A DNA stretch of 64,000 nucleotides from assembly GCA_000165425.1 (NCBI GenBank), contig CT868662.1, positions 124,001-188,000 on the forward strand, given 5' to 3'. A program made the position numbers and the translations under genes. Shown in pieces: positions 38,789 to 52,415 of the stretch (the stretch's first letter is position 1; each line of letters starts with the position of its first letter). The notes beneath the pieces are model-generated. The model ran no database searches and had not been told where the DNA came from. It saw only the letters and a list, made by a program, of their open reading frames with translations. This stretch comes from Paramecium tetraurelia (taxonomy: Eukaryota).

Positions 38789-39340
38789 TCATACGGCATC
38801 AGTTTCTACCTAAGTATATTATTCTTTCAGTCTATTTTGCAATCCTGCAAAGTTTTTAATGGGATTTCTCCTATTTAATATATTATATTACCCTTCTTTG
38901 TCTTTTATTGTTGAGTTTTCTTTCATCCCCTAAATTAAATCCTACTTGCACACTTCAATAAAATATTGCATAACACTTTCTCTAGTATTAATATCGTCAT
39001 CATTGTCGTATGTTTCTTAGAGTAATTGTTAATATTCTAGTTTTATGCCAAGCTGATTATCAGTAAAGATTGGAAATTTATATTTTACTTTTGGGTCCTA
39101 CTAAGACTCCAACTCTAAAAAATGGTATGGTCTCTTCTTCTATGACACTGTTGTTGCTTATTTTGATTATTAAAACGTATTCCAACTTTGTTTTTTAGGT
39201 TGAACATTTTCTTTGTTTATTGTCATATTAAAGAGTGGTAAATGAGAAACACTTGGAGGCTTAGGGAAAGGGTACATAAACAGCGAAGTTTTTCTTCTAT
39301 CAGCTGAAAGTGACTAAGATTTGGGTGGAGACACGCTCAT
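38789..39340 (-). CDS. Hypothetical protein
   Basis: ORF MSVSPPKSQSLSADRRKTSLFMYPFPKPP..IPIFTDNQLGIK..ETYDNDDD. Confidence 0.6.
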
Positions 39341-39937
39341 TTATTAGCAAATTTGGCGCAAATATATTTTGAATTTAAAATATTTCAATTTAAAAATTTA
39401 GTTATCGAGTATGAAAGCAAACTTAATCTATATTTCCTAAATCTTAAGTTTAAGTTGGATTTCTACTAAATTCTATTTGCATTAAATATGATTTCTTTTT
39501 CTAATATTTTTTAATTAAAATATAATAATAATTAATAGATTATAGCATTATTTTATTATGAATCAGATCTTATATTTGTTGAAATAATGATAAATCAATT
39601 TCTAAATTTAGGATTATAATTTATAAATAGTTATTGTTCTATATATTACTCACTTTGGCTGGGGTCTGAGAATTTAAAAATATTCTATTAAGCCTACACT
39701 CTTGATTTTTGATTACATATTTGAAAAACGATTAAGCTCTGATTATAGATCAAAAAAAATATAAAATATAGTAATTAGATAGAGCATTTATCTTGATAGT
39801 TTTCAGTTAAGAAGTAAAAAAATGGTTAGAGTTAAAATATAATATCCTAACATTATTATCTTTAATGGTAACGAATGACTTTATGATCAAAATAATTTAG
39901 AATGATTTTTTTGAATCTATTAATTATTAATATTTTT

Positions 39938-42124
39938 ATGTCATAAAGTTTTGAGATGGATGAGAAGGCTAAGTTGTTGGTAAAATTACTTGATGGGGTC
40001 AAAATCGAACTATAAAAAATTAATCAAAACACTCGAGTTGGTAAAGCAAAAATATTGACCTACAATAAAGGATATATATAATATATGAATAAAGATGAAT
40101 TTATGGCTATATAAAAAGCACAGGCGACATCAAGATTAACTAAGGAAGAATATATTTATAATCAAGGCTATTTTGTATATAAAGCTGGGGTGAATATTAA
40201 TGCAATCAAAAATGGAGAAAATCAAATTGAGTTTGGGTGGAAAAATAATTAGGAGACTGTATACTATTTTATTTTCAGATTCAAACTAAAACAAAAAATA
40301 ATATATAATCCATCTCCAGAGGTATAAAACAAACAAAAAAAGAAAAGAGAAAAAAGTTCTATAAAAGATGTTACATGGTACTTTGAGGTGGAACTATAGA
40401 GTGAAATAGCAAAACTCTAGAAGAGATTTTAAGAAATTGAAGATTATAATGAGAGATTAAAAAAACTTAAGGTCTGTGATAGCTTTGCTTATCAGTTTGA
40501 TTAAATGGAGATCAAGATCTATGATTCAAAAACATTATCAGATAATTTAATAGCTTTCAAAATAGATATTGAGTTTTTGGGATATATTTCTAATAAATTA
40601 GAGAATAATACTAATAGGAATATAGTGACTGCAGAGATAGCAGCTCGTTCCTTATTTCTTTATATTAGTAATTTAAACGAATATAAGTCGAATAAAATGA
40701 GAATGATAGAAGAAATGCTATAAGCTCTTTATAAAGATAAATAGAGAAATTTTAATTAAGAAGTTATTTAATTTGCAAAAAGCAGGTTTGAATCTAATTT
40801 AGAAGCTTAAAATTTTGTGATATCTGATGTTTTATTTCTGAATGCTTTGATGTATAATTTTGAATTTACTATTAATCTTGATGTTAAGAACTTACTCGAT
40901 TATCAGAGTTTTTTTTCATCCCTATAATTCAATACTCTTGAAAATAAAGAAAATGATATAATCAAATTTTCTACTAATGAGGTGCCTAATGAGATGCAAT
41001 AAATGAATTATAAAAATTTCAAAATATTTTCACAAAAATAACAGAATTTTAGTGATATTTCCAAATATTGTATTGGGTTATTTGGAATGGAAAATTAATT
41101 TTTAGGGAAAATCTATTTAAAATTATATAAAAAGGGAAATGAGAAAAAAAATTTAGATTATGCAATATCCTTTTTAGAAAGAAACTTAAAGAATTCACAT
41201 TCCTTACTAAAAGATGCATACGCTTTATCTAAGAAACAGGAATCAATACAAAAAAGTATTCATTAATCCAGTTAACAAATGAATATCAAGAATTCTTAAC
41301 ACATAGTAAGTCCTCCATAACAAATAAATGACTAATAAAGTACTACAAAATCGGATGCATAAAATTCGTTTAAGGAAACCAAAAAAACAATTAAAATTAT
41401 TGAATGTAATCCTCAAAATGACAACTAACACGACCATACTATAAAAAGTAATAGTAATCAATAATAAATTTCAATTGAATAAATATAAATTATTAATGTA
41501 TCAAATCCTGCTGTAAAATAACTATAATAAGAAGGATAATATATTAAATTTGATGAATCTGATAAATCAAACTCAACGGCAGTTTCAGAATCTTATTAAA
41601 AAGCTGATAAATTGTCATACTAAATTGCTGAAGAAAATTATGAAAAGGGACAATATATATCTGCTTTATCCGCGATTGATGCTATTTCAAATAAAACAAA
41701 AATGGTTTTGAGATTAGGATTTTAAATCGAAAAAAAATTAAGTGATTCTTAGAATTAATACTATTCTGATAGGCTCTTAAAAAATTACCTCATCTATGGT
41801 TGTGGTGTTTAAGATTTTCAAGATATATAAGAAATATTGTAATTACAATTCAAATAATATATTTATGATGAAAAGATTTCTTTTCAAAGTGAAAGTTGGA
41901 AGTTTATAATAACCTAGTTAAAAAGTCGTAAGTTTTCAAAGGAAAAAGTTTAAATTGTGGATTCAATAGTAGCGGAGATAAGATATTACAAATATGATAA
42001 CATCAGAACTTATTTCAAAAGTTTAATTGAAAAATTAAAAGATTTTCCACAAGATTAAATGGTCAATTACTACGATTAATTTTAGCTCATTTCTAAAATT
42101 TACTAATCTTCCTAAACGCATTGA
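39938..42124 (+). CDS. Hypothetical protein (about 720 aa, no domain recognised)
   Basis: Long TGA-free frame from MSQSFEMDEKAKLLVK to the TGA at 42122-42124, with coding-like composition. Confidence 0.65.
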
Positions 42125-42279
42125 AATATGCAATATTAGAACATAATCAGTTATTTTATAAATATATAAAATTGATTAAATATATGTTATTTTTTCCATT
42201 AACAAGAAATTAACTATTTAATAGTTATTTATAAGAAATAATTAATATTTTTTGTTTTAGATCATTGTGACACAGGATA

Positions 42280-45200
42280 ATGTTGTACGACAAAATTAAA
42301 TAAAATAATAACAAATCTCTTTAGACCAACTTCTTTAAGTAATTGTTGTATGTATAATAGTATTTTGTATTTAATTCTGTAAGACTTTTAAACTTCAAAA
42401 TTTTTTGTGATAATTTCGTCATTTTTTGTATTTTGTTAATATTGTTATTTAAATTTTGGTTTAAAGATCAAATACATTTGGAATGATTCGACAGTTGATG
42501 TATTTAACTTGATGCTTAAGTATTTACTAGTAATTTTATTTTTAGATACTTTACCATAACAATTAATGTAAAAAATATTGGATTTAACAAGTATCTACTA
42601 GTTTTTTATTTATCTCTTGGGGTTGTAATTTTTTCTATAATTTTGATCATAGTACTAATATATTATATTAGAAATTCGAGCTTTTAGAAATTACCATTAT
42701 CGATTCTCTAATATTTACTTTATATAATATTAACTTTCGGATATTGGCCTATAATTAGAATGCAATTTGGATTATTGGCCTGCCAATATGATAAGTCAGG
42801 CAAATTTGTTATGATGTTTGAAACTAAATAGGAGTGCTGGACATCTAACTATACAATACATGCCATTATTGGAATTATTGGTTTAATAATAACAATTCTT
42901 TTTACGCTTTTGATCTCCTACTTTCTATTTTAATAGAAGTTTTCAAAAAAGAATGCAATTGCAATGAAAAATAGTCATGCATAAGTTACTTTATTAGTCT
43001 ATATAATTGTTTAAATAATGGTGTATTAAATGATTCCTACTCCATAATATACAGTGTTAATAATAATAGTGTATTTCATACTGAGTATAATTTATTTTGA
43101 AAAAGTACATATACAAAAACCATTTCACCATTAAATTATCTAAAAAATGATGTCTATTTTTTCAGCCATAAATTTCTGGATAATTTTAATGATGCTATAC
43201 TCATTCGTTTTGGAGGAGAAATTATTAAAAAATGGTCTAAAAATTCTAATATTAGGCATTCCATTAATTTGTGGAATAATAATATCATCTTAATCGAATC
43301 AAATTGATTTGTTTAGAATTAATTTTTATAAAGCAAAAAATGGAACTGAAATTTCATAATTATGCATTTATTTACTGGAACTTATGAAGAATTGGGACAA
43401 TAATCAAATTTCCGAATTAGTATTGCAAAGTTATTTAGAGATCCATAGATTATCTTGTTAAAGAGCAGACTGTTACTCAAAAGTATCGTCAACGATAAAA
43501 TTAAAGGCAAATACAAATTTTTAAGAGTATGTTGTAATCCATTTGATAAACTAAATTTTTGAAGATGGAATAAGACACTTCCCTGACGATATTGATTTGA
43601 GATTAAACTTTGTTTTCTTTTTAATTGATTCTAGAAAGTAATATTCCCAAGCCCTATAAGAGATATCGATTTCAGAATAATTTGTTACATCGTATGCACA
43701 ATAGTTTTAATTGTTCTTTTACAAAAGGTAAATTTAAGAAATTCTAACTGATTCATAATCCACATTACAATTTGATCATTTTGCAGAAGCCAACTTTCAC
43801 AAGATGGAGACAGAATTTTATCAAAAAATGGAGAAAATTACCATTACGTTTATTGAATTTTGGAATTAATTACTTGATGAAATACCAGATATTTATAAAT
43901 TAACCTAACTTGGATATTTGTTGTTAAATAAAAGATAAGAAATAGAATAAGATTATAGCAGAGTTAGTTAATAGAATAGAAGAGCAAAAAAGTTAAAGCA
44001 AATTTATTAAAAATTTACAGAACTAATTCTAAGTGACTTTAGTTCTAAGACATTATAATTTGAATTAAGTAACCAAGAAGTTCAATGTTTGTAAATTGAA
44101 GAAATAGAAGAAATTAGTAAATAGCCTGATCCAATCATTGTGATTTAATCCCATCTTGGTTAAGAGTCAAAGATTATGAGTATAAATAAGTCCTTCTGCA
44201 GTTTGCTAGGATATTCAAAAGCAGATTTGATAAATAGAACTCTTAATGAAATAATGCCTGATATGTAAAAAATTCATTTAATTTGATTAGCTACGCATTC
44301 AAACATAATTAATGTATCGAAAATTATTTGATCCATAAAATATCAGATTAAAATTAGCAATTAATCAAATCTTGTCAGGTTTACATCAAGAAGAAAAACA
44401 AATACATTCTTCCAGTACATCTAAAGGTAAAGTTATTGGAGGTGCATCATAATGAATTAATTTTATTAGGCATTTTAGATTACAGTTTTCAATAGAACAA
44501 TCAATGCTATATAATTTCATCTCCAGAAGGAAATATAACTGATTTGTCCTCTAACTGCATATCATTTTTAGGAATTGATCTATAATCAATAACACTTAAT
44601 TAAATATTGATTTCAGATTTATTCCCAGGAATTCTCAAAAATAATAATTAAGTTTTTCATAAGTCCGGGTGTTGTGTAACCTATAATGATCATTTATAAA
44701 TGCTCAAGAATAGTAAAAGATTAAAATAATCTATTCATTCAACATCTTCTTACATTCCAAAAACAAATTTCAACTGTATCATTAATTATATTGAATATAA
44801 ATGTTTACGAGAAGAATAAGATCTTAAACATGGCTTAGTGATAAGATTGGAACAAATAAAGACATAATTGCAATGCAAATAGGAATGCTTGATTCAATAA
44901 GATACCATAAGAAGTCCAGGTCCAAAAATAATAGGATTTTTTAGGTTTGCTCAAAGATCCTTGACTTATAGAAGTAATATATATTCAATATTTCAAGTGG
45001 AAAACATAAGATTCAATGAATTAGATAGTTTGAATAATGAAACTCTGATAATGGAAAATTCTTTAAATTTGTCTAAGTTAATGGGATGTATGAGAATGTC
45101 AAGACATTTTAAGACATTGATGAAACCTAACTATGGTGAAGGAATTCGGATAAAGAGATTAATAGAAAATCAAATTTGTGATATTGAAGATAGTTTGGTA

Positions 45201-47194
45201 TTGGATGGAAAGCTGAAGAAGGAAGCAGAAGATCAAAATGACGAGGAAGAAATTGAAGATAATCAAGAGAGTGATATATTTAGTTAGAGGGATACTCTTT
45301 AATCTTAGTTCTTTTAAAAGAGTTTAATTAAAAAGGAATTACAAGAGAAACCAATGTCATTTAAAATTAAAATGTCAAGTCGGGTAATTCACTCACTTTT
45401 ATTTGTATTATTGTTATTGCAAATCTTATCCTATACTTTTAATGTTCAAAACGAATAAGAATTATTAAGCAATCTACCCCTAATCAATCAAGTTAATTAA
45501 AGAATGTCAAATATATTCATGATTTAATCAATTCTATAAGACATTCGCTCCATAAATTTACACTATGTGGTTAATACATAAAATACATCTTAGGTATTGA
45601 AACAAAATTTTGAAATGCTAGAACTTGAAATACAATCACTAAAATCAGTGTAAAATGATTTATCTTCAATTAAAGTGGATATTGCAGATTAGTATAAATA
45701 ACTAAATTCTAAATACTATGAAAAGATAATAGTGATGGTTGACATTTATGGAAATGTATCATATTTCACCTTTAATGAAGCAATAGAGTAGTTGATATCT
45801 AAAACAAAAGCATTATTAAATAGTGATATATCGTAATTTGATTATTCGAAGCCAGATTTCTTTTATTTTATTTATAATTCTTTAAATTATATAATATGGA
45901 ATGGGAGAATAGCCGAAACCTATTATTGGTCATATTTACAAACCTTGGTTGATACCATAATTAATAGTGAAATATTGTATTTTCTATTACATACTTGCAT
46001 GTTGTTTTCATTAACTATTTTGATACTTTTATTTTTGAATTAGATTTAAAAGGAAACTAATTAGATTGTTTAATCTTTGTTATTTTTAAAAGAGTCAAGC
46101 ATCAAGGAATAGGTTGGAAATTGTGAAAATTTTTTAGTTATTTTGCAATCTGAAGATTTAGAGGATGTAATTAATTAAATTATACTTCATAGAAAGATAA
46201 TTTATAAATAGAGAATGAGGAGAATAAGAAAGAGAAAAAAAATGTCCAAAACAAAAAAATAAAAAAGTTTAAATATTCAGGATCTCAATTATCAAAGTAA
46301 TTTGTGAAAACTGTGTTGATTTTTATCCTCTTCTAATTATTTTATATTTACACATTCACAGACAGCAAAATCGTCTCAGATGAATATAATTAGTTGATGC
46401 CTATAATTAATTAGACTTCTATAGTTGAAAGTTATTATAGGTTGGGGGATAACTTTATTAGAGAATTGTTTTTCAATCCTAACATCAGTATCTTAAACAC
46501 TCCTGATAACAAGGCAGCTGTATTTGGATATCTTGAACTCTTGTATAATTTAAATGCTGATTTAGTGGAAATCAATAACAAATATCAAAATCTGTTGGAA
46601 TTAGAGTATTAAATTGCTTTTAATGAGATTTATTTCATGAATCCTTGCTTAAAACTATATAAGAGTCAATCATTAGTGGAATGCGAGAATTTTGAAGAAG
46701 GGATCTTAATAGAGGGACTATCAATTGGAATTATAAAATATATTGAAGATTTAAGAACTTTCTTCTAAAGTTATCAATAATTTGATGAACTTTAAAATTA
46801 TAATTTGGAATACAATTTTAGTGATGTCAAATTGATAAATTATGCATTAAATCTACTGAATACAAAACGAGGTTTAGATATTCGAACGATGTAATAAAGA
46901 TACTTGAGAGCAGCCTAGAGGTATTTAAATTAAGCTTTGTCCTCCAACATTACTTCGACGTTTTAGGGACTGGAAATAAGGAAAACAATCCTTTTCACAT
47001 GCTTTTGCTTCATGATATTGATAGTTATCACTATGATTTGGATACCTACTTGCCGTTATTAGATATAGAACTTAATTCAGATAAGAGGTGTGCTGGCATT
47101 TCTGACTCCAAGAATGCTGAATATGTATATTTATAACAATACAAATAGGTCGAAGCAAATCGTGTTAGATCTGAAACAGCAAGGGATGATTTGA
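42280..47194 (+). CDS. Giant multi-TM PAS-domain protein (TmcB/'PAS S-box'-like), tandem copy 1
   Basis: N-terminal TM bundle, HRLSCQRADC motif, PAS (KIMSINKSFCSLLGYSKADLINRTLNEIMPDI|YAFKH) and C-terminal TM-loop-TM units. Confidence 0.8.
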
Positions 47195-47355
47195 TTTTTG
47201 AGATATTATAAATGTATAATAAATGAAATTAATTATGGATATGGTGTTTGCGTTTATGACTTTATTAAACAATTCTGAAAATAGATTAACTTTTAGGATT
47301 ATATTTGAAATTCTGAAAAAGTGGTGTATAAATAAATTTTGATTTTAATTAAATA

Positions 47356-50300
47356 ATGGAAGCTGAATCTGAAGTACTAAAAAAACTAATAAACAATACT
47401 AAATATAAGTTATTTAAGTATTAAAATCATTGATTTAGTACAGTGTAGTGTATTTAATATTGAAGAGACAATAGTATCCTCTAAACGTAGCAATTATATC
47501 AACTATTATATAAATGGCATAGCTTCTTTATTTTTCATTTCAAGAATAGATCCGATATGTTTGGAGTTCTGAAAATTCGACAAAATGGGTAAATTACATT
47601 TTGGAGTATAAATATTGGTTGAAAATAGATTTTTTACTTTAATGAAATATGCAGAAAATACAAGCTTCACTATATATTTACTTGTGTTTTACATATGTGT
47701 GGCAATAGTTTAGATTACAGTCATATTGATTGTCCTTTTAGCAGTTTTGGAGAATAATCACACAGCGACATCGATTCCATATCAAATATTAAGAGTAACT
47801 TTACCAATACTAATGACAATAGGTTTCGAACCAATTTCAAGGATTTTAGTTGGAGTATTAAATTAACTAAACAATAGTATTTATCATGTGAATCAGATGA
47901 TAGTGGCATTGTCATGATGAGATATATTTCAAGTCAATAATGTTGGGTTGGTGAGTATGAATTGCATGCAGTAATTGCAATTCTTACATCCGTTGAATAC
48001 TTGATTCTGGTGATCATATTTGCCTAGATATGCATAGAATCCAAAGAAGTTGAATAGAATGCACTAGCATAAAGACAAGGCCAAACAATGCTCTTTTATT
48101 ATTTGTTTGTAATAATGTCTCTGGCCGCATATTCAACTTTGCAAGAACCAAAATTTACTGTAATAGTGATCTTGGTTTAATTGTCTACTTCATATGTATT
48201 CTTCTATAAAGTCAACAATCACTGTCCCTTTTACAATTCAAATATATAAAAGATATGGTCAATAACAGCAGGAATCAATTTTTGGACTTAGTTTATGATG
48301 CTGTATGCTTACACTTTGGAAGGATAATTTATATCAAAGACATTCACAATTTGGCTATTTGGTGTTCCATTCATATTTGCAATTTTGGCAATGAAGGAGT
48401 TAAGCTATGTAGATTTGGTCACTGCCTGTATGAAATCCACAGAAAATGGAATAGAAACTGTTGAGATTTGCACATACATTTTAGCATTGAACACTCAAAG
48501 TGAAACTAATTAAAAGTCGTAGATACTGCTGGCAGGTTTCATAGAATTTCATAAATAATCTTGCAGTAAACCTGATTGTGTTTTATTGTCGAATCATAAG
48601 AAGAAAAACAAAAGTGTGAATGTATTTAAAGATAGAAAGTAACAGATTATTTAACTGGTAAATTAAAGTTATTTGGATGGTTTAGAACAATTCCCAGAAT
48701 GTTCAGATCTTAAAATATCATATGCGTATTTTCTATTGGATAAGATGTAACTTAAGCAATAAGCACTAAATCAACTGAATTTGGCAGAAAGTTGCGATCC
48801 AAGTTTTGATCAATAATTCTTCATTTATAGATACAAGAGAATCATAGAAGAGGAGATTTAGAAGCAATAATAATAGCATAGCAATAACAAGAAGAACGTT
48901 GATATAATCACTGAGAAAACTCTAAAATCTGAAATCAAAAATCTTCATTACTTAATTGAAGACTCGTGTATGGAATATTTATACTTTTGGTCTCAATTGC
49001 AGGAAGAAGTTCCAAATCTCAGAGTGTTACATGAACATGGATAGAAAATAATAAAGTCAGTGGAGAAGGTAGAACAGTAATGGAATAAAATCTTAGAGAT
49101 CGACTCCTATGAGATTAATACTTATAGACTATTGAGTAAATATTACGAAATGATTGTGCATGATGAGTAAATTGCTTTGGATCTATTATTGCAGATGATT
49201 AAGAAATAAAAATACAATACCAAAGGAAATGAATTCTTTGAGGATCTCTCTAGTAATGGAGATCCACTAATTGTGATGTAAGTATCGGTAGGACATCCAA
49301 CCGTTATTTTGAATGTAAATAAAGCAGCCTATAGTTTACTGGGTTTCTCAAAAACAGATTTAATCAATCGTAATATAGATGTTATACTACCATCCATGTA
49401 AAATTAATTAATCTAATTATTAGTTATGTAGATTACCATATTTAATTAGTCGATTTCATCTTTGAAAAACAGTCTGTTGATGTCAATTAGATCAATAAAT
49501 TTGATGAGAGACTTATGATGCTCAAAAATAAGCAGAACTTTATCATTCCTTGTTATTCCCAATCCTAAATCATGAATACCATCAATGGATATATCATGAC
49601 AAGTAGATTGAGGCAGGATGTTCACTATAAACCCAAATGCTATATATTAACTGATATCCATGGAAAAATCTTGAATGTTACATCTTCATGCCTTCAAATA
49701 TTGAAATGGGATTAGAAATTCCTTCACTTGAATGATTTCAACGTCCAGAAATTCTTTCCTGAATTATTGTTGAATAGAGAAGACTACATCAGTAAACCAA
49801 CACTTATAAACTATTAATTCCTGTTCACTTCCTCAAGAGGATCCTTATCAAAAGACGATTCCTTTGATGGAGTTGAAGATAAAACATTTAATTGTTCTCT
49901 CTTCCTTATTGAAACACCCTATGCTAATCAAAATGATGATTTATATCAGATTTATGGCTATATTGTTAAATTGGAATAATACAATACTGACATAATCCAA
50001 TACCCTTTATTGGTTAAGAATAAGAAACTCTCTAAAGTATTTAAATTTTATGTTGCTTCCAAAACCTATCAATGTAATCATTTCATTTCTATTTTTAGTG
50101 GAAAATGCAGATCTTGATCACACAAATAATGACTCTTTGATTGACAAAAGTATTATTTGGGAAGAACCTTAAAAATTATACTTATTTAGCCAACATAGCA
50201 ATACAAGTAGTAAGAAAGTATATTCTTAATCCAAACATTCCTTATTAAAATAGAGAATATACGGAGCTGATATTAAGACGATGAGATATTTTGACAATAA

Positions 50301-52307
50301 AATTATTGAAATCGAAGAGGATTCAATGGATGAGAGCGAGTTTTCTGAGAAAAAATAAAATAAATTAAATGGAGAAGATGAAAACGAATTGGATAAATAG
50401 ACTAAAGTTGAATAGAGAAGTTTGTAAATATCTTCCAGAACTGGATTAATCAAAGTAATCAATAATTCTAAACTACCTTTAATTATGTTAAAATTAGGAA
50501 TATGTATCAGTTTGTTATTCTTATCTGTTCTAATAGTATCCATCGCAATGTTTATATTGCTTAATCAAACCTAAGAAAATATTGTGCAAGCCTTAAAGTT
50601 ATTAATTGCTAACAATCTCAGATTATGCAGTTTCATTAAAATGCAGTCCAATCTATAAGATCTTAAATTCACTAACTTTGAGATCTTACCTTTTACTTAA
50701 TAAACCGTACATGGTGTTTTTGAGACTATTAACAGATAAGAACTCGCAACAGAATTAAATTATACTATGGATTATTAAACAACTTTATAGGATGAAGAAA
50801 TTAATTTGGTTGGAGAGTATGAATATTATCAGAATGCTTTCAAAAATACAAGGATTACTATGAAATAAGTTACTGGAGAGACCTAGAGTTTCTTATTTGA
50901 ATAGGTGATTTAATAACTAATATCTAAAGCGATTTCATTAAATTCAAGCAGTTTAACGAGTTTTAATGACTCGAATGAAGATTATTATTATTTTAGTGAG
51001 AACCTCTTTAATTCGGTTCTAATGAATCAGCATCTGGCTCAAGATTATTACTATTACAATATTATTTACTAGACTGATCTATTGGATCAACAATAAGTCT
51101 ATTTCTCATTAACACAATTGTTTGTGACAGTGTTCACATACTGTATCATCTAGATATTCTTGAATAAACATTAAAATTATTTACGAGAGATCTTATCTTT
51201 ATTTATGGAATTAGATGAAAAGACTGTTAAGAAGTTTGTGAAGAATAGTTAAGAATTTTTAAGTGCCTTACGTCTAGCTGAGGATAAACAATTGGATGAG
51301 ATAGAGGAAGAATAAGAAGTCGAAGAAGATCATTTCGATATGTCTTCTTTTAATAAAAAGAAAAAGAAGAAGCAAAACTTTTCAACTACAGAAGTTAAGA
51401 AGAACATTATTTATGTCTCCATGGTTTTGATATGCTACGCTTTCTTTTTTTCTTATACTTTCATTTCCACCAATGTAATTGATCATAATTTAACTTTTAG
51501 ACAATAATTTCTTAGACTGAATAATTGGCTCCTTTGCTGAACATCACATCAATAGCAGCTTCCTAATACAGTTTAATTGACAACATAATGAGAGAAGCCT
51601 TCTGGAACCAATCCAAAGTTATTTTGGATTTGAACGCTTTCACAGCCTTATCGTATATGTAGAATGTACTGTATGAGATGGATGCTGAATCTCATCAGTT
51701 GAATCAGTAAAACTCAGATATTTTGGATGAAGTTTATAAGGTGGCTTTCAATTAGATTTATATTCTGAATCCATGTCTTATTATAGACGAATCCTATGAT
51801 GAATCAAGCTCTTGCTCCTATTTTGATTAGGGGATTCTTTTATAAGGATTATCTTTGGGAGTGACTAAATTCTTGGAGACGATTAAATATTATTTATCTG
51901 TCTTAAAAGCTTTTGACCCATAGTATGAATACACATATTTAACTTACAATCTATCGACAGACCCTAAATTAAATTATACTTATAATCTGCTTAACGAGGA
52001 TGGCCTAAATTCAAATAGAATCTTCACAAAGGTGTACATGAAACAGCTGTAGATTTATCTGACTAATATATTGCAAAGTTCATTAAATAGCCATTTCGAA
52101 GACCTACAATTACAGTTTATTTCAACATTCCTTAGCTTCTTATTGTTATCTATAGTCTTGTACTTTCTGATGTGGATTCCTCGACTATAAAAGAATCAAA
52201 AAGAAGTTTACCAAAATAGATTAATGTTATCATTCATTCCAGTAAAGAAATTAGATCAGATAGAGCCAATAAAAAATTATATCAAAAAATATCAATAACA
52301 AGAATGA
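47356..52307 (+). CDS. Giant multi-TM PAS-domain protein (TmcB/'PAS S-box'-like), tandem copy 2
   Basis: Same layout: HKQSCSKPDC and ILNVNKAAYSLLGFSKTDLINRNIDVILPSI|YVDYH. It shares the first intron and the PAS intron position with copy 1. Confidence 0.8.
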
Positions 52308-52415
52308 TTTAATTAAATTATTGTTTATTTTTATTGGATCTCTAGATATAATTGAATCAATAACTCCTTTTGAACTAGAAAATAATGAATCGATTCATTT
52401 ATATTATAATACTAA

